Shown: positions 10,028 through 22,597 of the stretch, piece after piece
Layout: each line of letters starts with the position of its first letter
How positions within the stretch are numbered: position 1 is the stretch's first letter
Origin: an uncultured Clostridia bacterium
GTDB taxonomy: Bacteria; Bacillota; Clostridia; Christensenellales; UBA1242
Length of the DNA stretch: 64,000 nt
NCBI GenBank assembly: GCA_944332185.1
Contig: CALVJJ010000001.1
Span: 422-64,421 of the forward strand
Direction: 5' to 3'
Program-made: the position numbers and the translations under genes
Notes under the pieces: model-generated
Databases searched by the model: none
Seen by the model: only the letters and a program-made list of their open reading frames with translations
What the model was told of the DNA's origin: nothing

Positions 10028-10381
10028 TTAAAATCCAAATCCTAAACTAATTAACATTGCTTTATTGACTTCCATCATTTTTGAAGCACTTAGCCCTCCG
10101 ATTTTTTGCTTCAAGCGTTGTTTGTCTAAAGTACGAATCTGTTCTAACAGAACTACACTGTCTGCTTTCAATCCGTATTCATCTTTTTTTAATTCCACAT
10201 GAGTTGGAATTTTTGCTTTTCCAATTTGGCTTGTCACAGCCGAAACAATTACCGTTGGACTATATTTATTGCCTATATCGTTTTGAATGATCAAGACTGG
10301 TCTTACGCCACCTTGTTCACTACCCACGACAGGACTAAGATCAGCATAAAACAAATCACCCCTTTTGATTTCTTCTATCAT
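10028..10381 (-). CDS. mazF: MazF/EndoA (PemK family) mRNA interferase toxin
   Basis: 117 aa. [33 protein letters not shown]...PTHVEL...[17 protein letters not shown] is near-canonical Bacillus ndoA/mazF sequence. Confidence 0.9.
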   Translation of the reverse strand: MIEEIKRGDLFYADLSPVVGSEQGGVRPVLIIQNDIGNKYSPTVIVSAVTSQIGKAKIPTHVELKKDEYGLKADSVVLLEQIRTLDKQRLKQKIGGLSASKMMEVNKAMLISLGFGF

Positions 10382-10637
10382 AGTCTCCTAATTCTTTCTC
10401 ATACGCAACAAGCAAATCCAAATCGGGATTACAAAACAAAGTAGTATCTAAAGAAATATGGTCCCTATATGTCTTTGCTAATTGTTTATAAGAATTACTT
10501 AATTCCTCTATATTTACCTTATGCGAAAAGGTATCAAAAATGTTCCCTTTTTTCACAATTTGGTAGATAGCAGAATTATATCCATCTAGCCATGTTTTCA
10601 TACTTATTACCTTTATATTACTCTTGTATTTTATCAT
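10356..10637 (-). CDS. putative MazE/EndoAI-position antitoxin
   Basis: 93-aa ORF immediately upstream of mazF and downstream of acpS, the same position as Bacillus ndoAI. It has a possible N-terminal ribbon-helix-helix ([21 protein letters not shown]) and an acidic C-terminus. It overlaps mazF by 26 nt. The sequence is not recognisably MazE by eye. Confidence 0.5.
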   Translation of the reverse strand: MIKYKSNIKVISMKTWLDGYNSAIYQIVKKGNIFDTFSHKVNIEELSNSYKQLAKTYRDHISLDTTLFCNPDLDLLVAYEKELGDYDRRNQKG

Positions 10638-10691
10638 ATATTTTTCGATATGAGTCTACACATAATGTATGGAAAAATCAAAAAAGTATAC

Positions 10692-11042
10692 TTATTTTTC
10701 TTCTATTACACAAATAGCTACACAACAATCTTTTGTATGAGAAATACTAATATCTATAGCACCTAAATCATACTGTTTTTTGACCTCTTGACTTAAGACC
10801 AAGATAGGTTTTCCACTAGATAAATGTTGTACTTCCATATCTAGCAAATCAATTCCATGATAAAGACCAATCCCTACTGCTTTTAAAAAAGCTTCTTTGA
10901 CAGCAAATATAGAAGCAAGTCTCATAGGAACGTTCTTTTCAAGAGCATATTCCAGTTCTTTTTTTGTAAAGATTCTTGGATAGTGTTCTTTTTTAATCAT
11001 AGAAAACCGATTGGCTTCTACCATATCAATCCCAACTTTCAT
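10692..11042 (-). CDS. acpS: holo-[acyl-carrier-protein] synthase
   Basis: 116 aa. Begins MKVGIDMVE..R and ends ISISH..D..VAI.VIE, which is typical AcpS (4'-phosphopantetheinyl transferase) size and pattern. Confidence 0.8.
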   Translation of the reverse strand: MKVGIDMVEANRFSMIKKEHYPRIFTKKELEYALEKNVPMRLASIFAVKEAFLKAVGIGLYHGIDLLDMEVQHLSSGKPILVLSQEVKKQYDLGAIDISISHTKDCCVAICVIEEK

Positions 11043-11670
11043 CTTCTTCTCCTGTTTGATAATGTGCCATACCTTTTTTTATCTCTTCATAAGAAAATCC
11101 TTTTCCTATTAAATAGCGGAAAATTTTTTCTTTCATCTTTTGATCTAGATCATTGTTCCCTATTTTCTTTTCTATGAGATGTACCACTTGATCAGTACTT
11201 ACTTCTTCTAAAGACAAGTACTTTTCTATAAGATGTTTGTCAATGCCTTTTTTCATAAGATCATATTCAATTTTTCTTTTTCCTACTTTCCCCAAATATG
11301 TCTTAATGTACTTTTGTGTATACATTTCATCATCAAGATAGTGGTATTCTTCTAGTTTTTGTACAACATAATCTATGATATTGTCATCATACCCATGTTT
11401 TTTGACATATTCTATCATTTGTTGTTTTGTTTTCATGGTATCTTTCAAATACTTAACTGCTTGATCTAACGCAATACGACTATCTGATTCATGAAGTAAC
11501 TGCACTTTTTGATTTTCATCAATATCTATTCCTTTTTTTAGACAATGTTTCATGGCTGTTTCTAAAAACAAAGAAAACGCATAGACATCATCTAAAAAAA
11601 TAGAAACTCTATCTTTATGATATTTTTGTATTTCTATTTTTGTAATTTTACCCAATTTGACATACCTCAT
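11026..11670 (-). CDS. recX: RecX family regulatory protein
   Basis: 214 aa with repeated three-helix modules (ALDQAVKYLKDTMKTKQQMIEYVKKHGYDDNIIDYVVQKLEEYHYLDDEMY...), typical of RecX. Confidence 0.7.
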   Translation of the reverse strand: MRYVKLGKITKIEIQKYHKDRVSIFLDDVYAFSLFLETAMKHCLKKGIDIDENQKVQLLHESDSRIALDQAVKYLKDTMKTKQQMIEYVKKHGYDDNIIDYVVQKLEEYHYLDDEMYTQKYIKTYLGKVGKRKIEYDLMKKGIDKHLIEKYLSLEEVSTDQVVHLIEKKIGNNDLDQKMKEKIFRYLIGKGFSYEEIKKGMAHYQTGEEDESWD

Positions 11671-12241
11671 CTTTTTGATATTGCACTTGATAGCCAGTTT
11701 CTATCTCTATTTCTTCTTTAGTAAGATTAGAATAAAATTGCACAATCACATTTTGCCCGTATTGTATTTCTACTTTATGAGCAATAGCATGGATTCTTTG
11801 CAAACATTCTTGATATGTCGAGAATGTACATTCTATTTGATATACGTGTACTATTTCCATCGGTACAATAGCACTTTCTTCCAATGCTTCTACCACACTA
11901 GAAGAATAAGCCCTAACCAATCCACCTGCCCCTAATTTGATTCCCCCAAAATAGCGAACCACAATAGCAAGTATATTTTTAATATTTTTCTTTTTTAGAA
12001 CGTCCAACATTGGTATCCCTGCTGTTCCACTTGGTTCACCATCATCACTGGCTTTTTCATAACAAGGATTCGTGAGTCTATATGCATAACAAATATGCGT
12101 TGCTTTTTTATGTTCTATGTGTAGTTGATCTAGTATATCTTTGACTTGACTAATCGTGGTCACAGAAAAAAGATAAGTAATAAACTTACTTTTCTTTATT
12201 TCTTTCATACGTATAACATTTTTATCCATACCATAAAACAT
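11648..12241 (-). CDS. IMPACT/YigZ family protein (UPF0029)
   Basis: ATHICYAYRL...DDGEPSGTAGIPMLDVLKK...ILAIVVRYFGGIKLGAGGLVRAY is the YigZ/IMPACT N-domain signature. Start choice among M1/M5/M12 is not resolved. Confidence 0.8.
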   Translation of the reverse strand: MFYGMDKNVIRMKEIKKSKFITYLFSVTTISQVKDILDQLHIEHKKATHICYAYRLTNPCYEKASDDGEPSGTAGIPMLDVLKKKNIKNILAIVVRYFGGIKLGAGGLVRAYSSSVVEALEESAIVPMEIVHVYQIECTFSTYQECLQRIHAIAHKVEIQYGQNVIVQFYSNLTKEEIEIETGYQVQYQKDEVCQIG

Positions 12242-12254
12242 AGTGCATGATCCT

Positions 12255-13807
<1,553 letters not shown>

Positions 13808-13863
13808 AGTTTTCTCCTTTAAAATGATTACTTTATCATATCATTTTTTTACATGATTTGCAA

Positions 13864-13891
13864 TAAAAAAACGCATACCGAAGCATACGTT
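13864..13891 (-). terminator. rho-independent terminator after gap
   Basis: On the minus strand this reads AACGUAUGC-uucg-GUAUGCGUU (two G-U pairs) followed by a U-run, immediately after the stop at 13892-13894. Confidence 0.65.
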
Positions 13892-16026
<2,135 letters not shown>

Positions 16027-16084
16027 TTTATCACCTCTAAATAGTGTTAGACTATTTTAAGAGGTTTTAAACAAAAAAGAGATA

Positions 16085-16975
16085 CTAAAAATTGTATCTC
16101 TCTAATTTTTCTTTTGCATTTTCTAACATAGCTACATCAATGGTATGTCCTACACGCAAAGCTAGTGTTCGTTTTGCATTAAACAAAAATGCAAGCACTG
16201 CACTAACAATAAATAATAATATCAATCCAATATGCACACCGACTGGAAAATGCCAATTCAAACAATATGCCAGAATGCCTACAATAAGACCAATCACAGT
16301 TAAGCATAAAAATAACATACTTAACACTTTGGAAGTAAGGTAAGATTTTGAGGTAGCAGCATACGCACTATCTTCTTTTTTCTTACTGTTGACTTCCATG
16401 TGTACCATATCTACATGATACCCCACAAAAGAATCCAAAGTTCTTAATTGTTGATTCTTGGCAGGTAATTGGTTGATGGTAATCACAACATCTTTATCTA
16501 AAAGTTGAATATCATTTTCTGCTAAATAATCTTTATAAATACCAACGAATTTTAGACCAGCCAAATAGAAAAAGTTTTTAATAGAAGCACCGATTTTTTT
16601 AAGTCCTGTATATACTTTTTTCAAGTAAACAATTTTGTTGCCAGCTTGCCAACTGGTCACAAATGCTCTTACTACATCAATATTGATTTCTTCTTTTCCA
16701 GAGTAAATCACAATAGCATCATATTGCTCACATTTTTCCATAGCAATCGTAATCAGTTGGTGTTCATTCATGCCATTTTGTACCATAAACGCCTTAATCT
16801 TATTATTATCCACAATGAGCCCTCTCACCTTGGTAAATACACTATTTAGATTGGCATTGATGGCAAAAATAACTTCAAAATCTACTTTACAATCAAAACA
16901 AGCTTTTTCGATATTGTGAAAAGCTTTTTCAACATCATAATCTGTCATAAGTGGAATCACAAATCCTAATTTCAT
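16085..16975 (-). CDS. GT2-like (GtrB/CsbB-type topology) membrane protein, catalytic motifs not obvious
   Basis: 296 aa. A ~200-aa alpha/beta N-domain (LGFVIPL..., DAIVIYSG) is followed by two C-terminal TM helices, which is the polyprenyl-phosphate glycosyltransferase layout. I cannot see a clear DxD motif. Confidence 0.4.
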   Translation of the reverse strand: MKLGFVIPLMTDYDVEKAFHNIEKACFDCKVDFEVIFAINANLNSVFTKVRGLIVDNNKIKAFMVQNGMNEHQLITIAMEKCEQYDAIVIYSGKEEINIDVVRAFVTSWQAGNKIVYLKKVYTGLKKIGASIKNFFYLAGLKFVGIYKDYLAENDIQLLDKDVVITINQLPAKNQQLRTLDSFVGYHVDMVHMEVNSKKKEDSAYAATSKSYLTSKVLSMLFLCLTVIGLIVGILAYCLNWHFPVGVHIGLILLFIVSAVLAFLFNAKRTLALRVGHTIDVAMLENAKEKLERYNF

Positions 16976-17136
16976 ATTTTTCTCCCTTATATATGAATTC
17001 CCCTAAAATATAATTATATCTATATCATATAGTCTACACTTTTTTCAATATTTTAGCAAATAATTTTTGAATCAATCTATAGAACATTTGCAAAAACCTA
17101 TCTATTTGGGTACAATATGACTATAGGAGAAAAATC

Positions 17137-18075
17137 ATGTTAGTAAATAGTAAAACAATATATGCTCATGCCCTAAAACATCATTATGGTATTGGAGCTT
17201 TTAATTTTGTCAATTTTGAAACTTTACACGCTATTATCACCAGTGCAGAAAAAGAAAAAAGCCCTGTCATTGTCCAAACCAGCACATCAGCTATGAAATA
17301 TATGGGAAAACACACCATTGTTCCTCTTGTAAAATCATTATGTGACATGCTAGCAATCCCTGTAGTTTTGAATTTGGATCATGGCAAAACAGTAGAAGAT
17401 TGCATAGAAGCTATAGACTTAGGCTATACCAATGTTATGTTTGATGGATCCAGTCTACCTTTAGAAGAAAACATTGCGAAAACAAAACAAGTAGTAGAAT
17501 ATGCACACATGCACAATGTTACTGTAGAAGCAGAACTGGGTGTTCTAGCAGGTATTGAAGATGAAGTTGTAGTAGAAAAAAATCATTCCTTTTACACCGA
17601 TCCAAAAGTTGCACAAGAATTTGTAAAACAAACCCAATGTGACAGTTTGGCTATAGCCATCGGGACAAGCCATGGCGCATACAAATTTAAAGGAAATGCT
17701 CAGTTACGTTTTGATATCTTACAAGAAGTAGGAAAATTGCTTCCAGATACACCGATTGTCTTGCATGGAGCAAGTTCCGTACCACAGCAATATGTTAAAA
17801 AAGCAGAACAATATGGCGCACAATTACATTCTGCCAATGGGGTACCAGAAAATTTACTAGAAAAAGCTTGCAAACTCAATGTCTGTAAAGTAAATGTAGA
17901 TACAGATTTAAGAATTTGTTACACTGCATCTATTAGGGAATATCTCTATCTCTACCCTAGCGAAATTGATATACGAAAATACAATACGTATGCCATGGAA
18001 GAATTGCAACTTATGATTAGAAACAAAATAAAAAATGTTTTTCATTCTAGTCAAATGGGAACTTCTACCAAGTAA
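17137..18075 (+). CDS. fba: class II fructose-1,6-bisphosphate aldolase
   Basis: 312 aa. NLDHGK, GTSHGAYKF and LVLHGASS-type motifs (here IVLHGASSVP). A GGAGA RBS precedes the ATG. Confidence 0.93.
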   Translation: MLVNSKTIYAHALKHHYGIGAFNFVNFETLHAIITSAEKEKSPVIVQTSTSAMKYMGKHTIVPLVKSLCDMLAIPVVLNLDHGKTVEDCIEAIDLGYTNVMFDGSSLPLEENIAKTKQVVEYAHMHNVTVEAELGVLAGIEDEVVVEKNHSFYTDPKVAQEFVKQTQCDSLAIAIGTSHGAYKFKGNAQLRFDILQEVGKLLPDTPIVLHGASSVPQQYVKKAEQYGAQLHSANGVPENLLEKACKLNVCKVNVDTDLRICYTASIREYLYLYPSEIDIRKYNTYAMEELQLMIRNKIKNVFHSSQMGTSTK

Positions 18076-18150
18076 ATATCCTACCCATTAAGATAGTTTT
18101 CTATCTAACGTAACACACCATACCATTTCTATCATAGATATTAAAAAAAC

Positions 18151-18178
18151 AAAAAAGTATCCTTGTGGATACTTTTTT
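18151..18178. terminator. bidirectional rho-independent terminator (fba / 77-aa gene)
   Basis: AAGTATCC-ttgt-GGATACTT (18155-18174), with an A-run upstream and a T-run downstream. Confidence 0.8.
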
Positions 18179-18189
18179 ATTGGCTTATA

Positions 18190-18423
18190 TTATTCCAAAA
18201 TTACATTTTTCAAATCTTTCATTTGACCTAATGTCAATTCTTTTAGGCTATTAAGTCCGTTTTCAAACACTTCTCGATATTCTTTCGTTACCCCTTCTAC
18301 TTGATCTAGAGCTTTCACTAATTTTTCAGCATAATCAATGACTTGTTGTTTTTCGGTAAAATTCACGTGTAACAAAACATGTTCAATAAAATCATACTGA
18401 TTCTTCATATTCATATTATTCAT
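18190..18423 (-). CDS. small (77 aa) helical protein, unknown function
   Basis: The ATG at 18423 is preceded by GGAGG (18428-18432), and that RBS overlaps the stop of the upstream gene, suggesting translational coupling. The track ORF is extended to 18462. Confidence 0.55.
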   Translation of the reverse strand: MNNMNMKNQYDFIEHVLLHVNFTEKQQVIDYAEKLVKALDQVEGVTKEYREVFENGLNSLKELTLGQMKDLKNVILE

Positions 18424-18431
18424 ATTTCCTC

Positions 18432-18935
18432 CTAAATTACACCATTGACAACTTTTTCGCAATCTGCTAAAAAAGATTCAAAACTATCATAAATTTTTTT
18501 ATCTTGTTTTTCAAAATAATTAGTAATTAGTAAATATGGATCTGTTTCTTTATCTGTAGCAGTCACAATAATGGTCACGATTAAATGATTGATTAAGGTA
18601 TCTATTTTTGTCAAACATCTCATCGTATTTTGTGTTTCTGTGATATAAGATTGACTAAAGATAGATTTATTAAAATTTTTATTAAAATACATCACATATT
18701 GACTAATCGTACCAACTTTGATATCCGACATATACGATGCCACTCTAGATAAAACATTTGCTTGTTTTGCAACTAGATTAGAAGAAAATTCATTATACGT
18801 ATGACTAATCGTATCTAATTTTCTAAGATAAGCATCTTGAAAATCATGAACAACTTCATTTTTTATAGCATTATACAAATTATCTTTTACATTATCAGAT
18901 GGTGCGAATTCATAATAACTTTTAAATTCGTACAT
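18432..18935 (-). CDS. hypothetical protein (167 aa from first ATG)
   Basis: The track ORF starts at a TTG (18971) that sits inside the predicted promoter or TSS region. The first in-frame ATG is at 18935 (MYEFKSYYEF...). No recognisable motif. Confidence 0.55.
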   Translation of the reverse strand: MYEFKSYYEFAPSDNVKDNLYNAIKNEVVHDFQDAYLRKLDTISHTYNEFSSNLVAKQANVLSRVASYMSDIKVGTISQYVMYFNKNFNKSIFSQSYITETQNTMRCLTKIDTLINHLIVTIIVTATDKETDPYLLITNYFEKQDKKIYDSFESFLADCEKVVNGVI

Positions 18936-18975
18936 TTTTTTATCCCATTTTTTGTTATATTTTATACCCAATCTT

Positions 18976-19004
18976 ATTCTAGTCTATGATGATCATATTG
19001 TCAA
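18976..19004 (-). promoter_or_regulatory. sigma-A-like promoter for the 167-aa gene, overlapped by an inverted-repeat arm
   Basis: Minus strand reads TTGACA (19004-18999), a 17-nt spacer, then TAGAAT (18981-18976). The spacer is essentially the left arm of the 16-bp inverted repeat. Confidence 0.5.
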
Positions 19005-19095
19005 GTTTTTTTCTTTATTTACAAATATTTTCTATCATACTATAAACAAGAATTTGCATAGCCTAAAAACTCAACCAATTGATCATCATAGACTA
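18980..19095. repeat. perfect 16-bp inverted repeat separated by 84 bp
   Basis: TAGTCTATGATGATCA at 18980-18995 and its exact reverse complement TGATCATCATAGACTA at 19080-19095. Confidence 0.9.
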
Positions 19096-19207
19096 AAGTC
19101 ATCTATTTTTTGGTAACACATAGTTTAGTAGAATTGTATATGATTTTATGACTTTATGTATACCCATGTTGACAATAAACTTTATGTTATTGCTTTTTAC
19201 TTTAGAT

Positions 19208-22200
19208 TTACTGTACTGTAGATATAGTTTCCTTTTGTTCTTCTGCCTCTTTACTTTCTTTCTCTGCATCTACAGTTTGTTGCTGTGTTAATTGTGCTTT
19301 TTGTTGTTGTAATTGCTCTTGTTGTCTTTCTTTTAATTTTTCATTGATGGTTTCTTGTACTTTATCGATTTCCACATTACCCATCTTACCTTTATACTGG
19401 TTGATATTATTTGCAATATCTCTATAATACTCTTTACGACGGCCTAGAAGTCTCATATTCCAAGTTGCATCATATCCTGCAGGATTGATAATATTTTGAC
19501 CTACTAAGTTTAAGAATTCTTGCTTTTTAATTTGCGCATCTTGGTTTTGAGGTGTATCGTTATGTTTGATTACCATCAACGTATCTAATGCACATAGCAG
19601 ATATGTGATTTTATCAGGATCTTGTTCATGATCTATCAAATTTTTAATGGTAGTATACATATCTTGATAATTGTATTCCAAATATCCAATTTTACCTAGA
19701 TAGGAATTTTGCATGGTTTTTGCATCTTCAACTAAATGTACTTGTTGTGGAACAACTGGTTTTATTTCTACATCTTTCTTTTCCACTATAGTTGTTTGTT
19801 CTATATCTTTAGGCTGTTGCTCACTAACAATTTGTGAACGTATGATAGAAGATTTTTTCTCTTTTTCTGCTTTTTTTACTTGTACTTGTTCGTTGATTGT
19901 TTCTTCAATCTTAGTCATATCAATTTTGCCATCTGTTTTATAAGCATCAATATTGCTTACAATATTTTCATAATATTCTTTTCTACGACCTAAGTTAATC
20001 ACATTCCAATTCACAACATCTTTTTCAGTTTTTTGCATATTTTCTTTTAAGTTGTCAAAGAAAATTCTCTTCTTTTCTTCCATCTCAGCATCTTGCCCAT
20101 TATCTTGCTGTTTTAAAGACATAATATAATCTATGCAACACAAATAATACACCATCAATTCAGGATCTTTTTGAGTTTCCAACTGATATTGAATAATATT
20201 ATATATATCTTGATAGGTATATGTTTCGCCATCATTTTGCAAGAATAGATCTTTCATTTCTTCATTAGGTACGAGTTGTACAGCTAAAGCATTGACTTGT
20301 GCTATACCTTGCTTTTGTTGATTATCTTGTTCCCTTTCTTGTTGTGCCTTGACTTTCTTTACATATCTTTTTAAATACGGAGTTGAATCCGTTACTTTAG
20401 AACTTGTAGCTAATCCTAATGCAATAAAAGTCTTTTCCATCAAAGAAGCAAAGAAATTCATTGGTGTCTTTTTATTTTTATATCTATTTTTTATAATTTC
20501 TTTTACTTCTTCAGGGCCAATGGTAAATTTATCTAATGAAATTGCAGGTTTTGTGATGACTTTTTCTTGTTTTTCTTCTGTTTCTTCTTGATCAATTGTT
20601 TCTTCTTGTTCTGGCTCTGCTTCTTGTTCTGCAGATTCCTGTATCTTTTCTTGTTGATTAAGTATTTGCTCTTGTTCTTGATTCGTAGTGATATCACCAG
20701 CAATTAGATCCCCATCTATAATATTTTTTCTTTGATTTTCTGGTAAAGTCCCACAAGAACTTAATTCCATTTGTGTATTTTGTTTGATCATACGCACACT
20801 TCTTAACTCACTATCCAACAAACTTGTAATAGCATCAGCTATATTTTTTTGCACCCCAGAACGAGTATACTCCCTGCCAATTTTATTTTTTATAATCATC
20901 ATAAACGATTCATATTCATGTTCGGATTGTCTAAAGATGATTTCTTCACATAGATTAGCAAATAATGTTTGTTTGTTCGCAACAGTAGAGTAATCTATAT
21001 TTTCTTTTTTAATTTTATGATAATATTCAGCATCAAAATTAAAAGTTTTTAGCCATTCATCGACATTGCTGTTGTGAAGACCTAAAACACTAAAAATCAT
21101 TTTTGGTATGTTTTGTGTCCCATCTTTTAAGACTTGATAACTATTCAACACTTGTTGATATGTATCAAGTAAAGTATCTTTTTGATCTTGTTGATTGAGT
21201 TTTTCTTGTGCAATCACATTAGCAATTTCTGTTTGAACTCGCATAATGTGTCCAAGATACTGATCTACCCCGTCTGCAAAAGAAAGTAATTGTTTGTACT
21301 CATCAATACGCCATTGTACACCTTTGTTATGCTGCATAGCTTGAATTTTTGCATTCACATCAAGCTTGCAAGATAGTACTTCTCTCCAATATGTCAAGGC
21401 ACTATTATCGTGGAAAATTTGATTGATTGCATGATCTTGATAATACAAAGCATGTTCTACTTCTTTACTAGAAAATCCTTTTGCTTTTAAAGATTGTGTA
21501 ACAGAATTTAAAAATTCAGGTTCATTATCTTCTTCAATTTGTTTTTGCCAAGTTGCTTTTTGTTGTTCAAATTCTTCTGGCGAAAAATAATTCAAAAGTA
21601 TATCCAAATTTTTTGTTCTATTCGCTGTTTGTTGTTTTTTAAATACAGCATACCCAGCATCTCCCACTTGCATAGCAAGTTCCATTGTTTTTGCCTCTAG
21701 AAAAACATCTTTCATATTATTGATTTTAGCATCATACGTTTTGTTGGCAGTGTATTTTGTGGCCCCTTTCTGTAAAGTATTCAATCGTTGTTTTGCATAT
21801 TCTCCAATTTCCGTATCTGCCATTTTTTCAAAGTTGTTTTCTTCTTTTGCTGTTGTAGTAGTTGTCACATTTTCGTCTATGATTTCTGCTTTTTGTTCTG
21901 CCGTTGCCTCTGGAGTTGGATTGCTTACAATATCTTGAGTAGGTTCGTTTGTCTGTACTGTATTTGCAGTAGTTTCCTCTTTGCCTACTTCTTTGCTACT
22001 AATTGCAGATTGTTGCACATTCTCTTGGTTCACATCTTCCAATTTCGTAGCAGTATTTTCTTGCTCTACAGTTGTTTGCAATGTCTCTTGTTCTTGTGCA
22101 TCATTTTGTAGAGAAACTTGCTCAGGATTAGTCGTATTCTTGTCTGGATTTTGACTTTCTAAAGTTGTTTCTAAAGGTTGTTCTTCTATTTTGACAGTGC

Positions 22201-22585
22201 TAGTCACATCTTGATCAGCAAGATGCTTTGCAGTATTTTCCTGATTGGTATTTACAGTATTTTCATGGGAAGGTGCATATTTTTGTACCATCTGGTTATA
22301 CCATTCTTCCAATTCTTTTTTCTCTTGTTCTTGTACAACTAGATTCTGCAACAATTCATAGATATTTTGAATTTCTTTTTCTGTAAATGTATGATCACAA
22401 TCTTCTTCAACACTATTTAAAATGCTGACATAGTTATTATCATTGACATAGTTTTCTATAGAAGATCTTATTTCTTCAACTTGAACTGCATTCAAAGTTT
22501 TTTGAAAAACATGTGGTGACATAATTGCCCACAACTGCTGTAGTATCTGCTCTTTGGAAAGATTTTGTTTATTAAGATCAGCCAT
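19208..22585 (-). CDS. 1125-aa Q/E/T-rich protein with a C-terminal tandem domain duplication; unknown function
   Basis: Intact 3.4-kb ORF with no signal peptide or TM segment that I can see. Two ~180-aa copies of a domain share Y.YQD[IM]Y..I....[DE]..QDP[ED]....YLLC..D..M..K and W[NM]...LGRRKEYY..I..NI..YK (nt ~19330-20285). The RBS GGAGGAG lies in the 12-nt gap after the 329-aa gene. Confidence 0.8.
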   Translation of the reverse strand: MADLNKQNLSKEQILQQLWAIMSPHVFQKTLNAVQVEEIRSSIENYVNDNNYVSILNSVEEDCDHTFTEKEIQNIYELLQNLVVQEQEKKELEEWYNQMVQKYAPSHENTVNTNQENTAKHLADQDVTSTVKIEEQPLETTLESQNPDKNTTNPEQVSLQNDAQEQETLQTTVEQENTATKLEDVNQENVQQSAISSKEVGKEETTANTVQTNEPTQDIVSNPTPEATAEQKAEIIDENVTTTTTAKEENNFEKMADTEIGEYAKQRLNTLQKGATKYTANKTYDAKINNMKDVFLEAKTMELAMQVGDAGYAVFKKQQTANRTKNLDILLNYFSPEEFEQQKATWQKQIEEDNEPEFLNSVTQSLKAKGFSSKEVEHALYYQDHAINQIFHDNSALTYWREVLSCKLDVNAKIQAMQHNKGVQWRIDEYKQLLSFADGVDQYLGHIMRVQTEIANVIAQEKLNQQDQKDTLLDTYQQVLNSYQVLKDGTQNIPKMIFSVLGLHNSNVDEWLKTFNFDAEYYHKIKKENIDYSTVANKQTLFANLCEEIIFRQSEHEYESFMMIIKNKIGREYTRSGVQKNIADAITSLLDSELRSVRMIKQNTQMELSSCGTLPENQRKNIIDGDLIAGDITTNQEQEQILNQQEKIQESAEQEAEPEQEETIDQEETEEKQEKVITKPAISLDKFTIGPEEVKEIIKNRYKNKKTPMNFFASLMEKTFIALGLATSSKVTDSTPYLKRYVKKVKAQQEREQDNQQKQGIAQVNALAVQLVPNEEMKDLFLQNDGETYTYQDIYNIIQYQLETQKDPELMVYYLCCIDYIMSLKQQDNGQDAEMEEKKRIFFDNLKENMQKTEKDVVNWNVINLGRRKEYYENIVSNIDAYKTDGKIDMTKIEETINEQVQVKKAEKEKKSSIIRSQIVSEQQPKDIEQTTIVEKKDVEIKPVVPQQVHLVEDAKTMQNSYLGKIGYLEYNYQDMYTTIKNLIDHEQDPDKITYLLCALDTLMVIKHNDTPQNQDAQIKKQEFLNLVGQNIINPAGYDATWNMRLLGRRKEYYRDIANNINQYKGKMGNVEIDKVQETINEKLKERQQEQLQQQKAQLTQQQTVDAEKESKEAEEQKETISTVQ

Positions 22586-22597
22586 ATATCTCCTCCT

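Noticed and set aside
10356-10381. The 26-nt overlap between the antitoxin-position ORF and mazF as a sign of a frameshift or pseudogene.
   Set aside because: Both reading frames are intact, and MazF starts exactly where its orthologs start. Overlap of TA genes is common.
19713-22111. Plus-strand ORFs antisense to the 1125-aa gene.
   Set aside because: Shadow ORFs with low-complexity C/F/S-rich products and no RBS.
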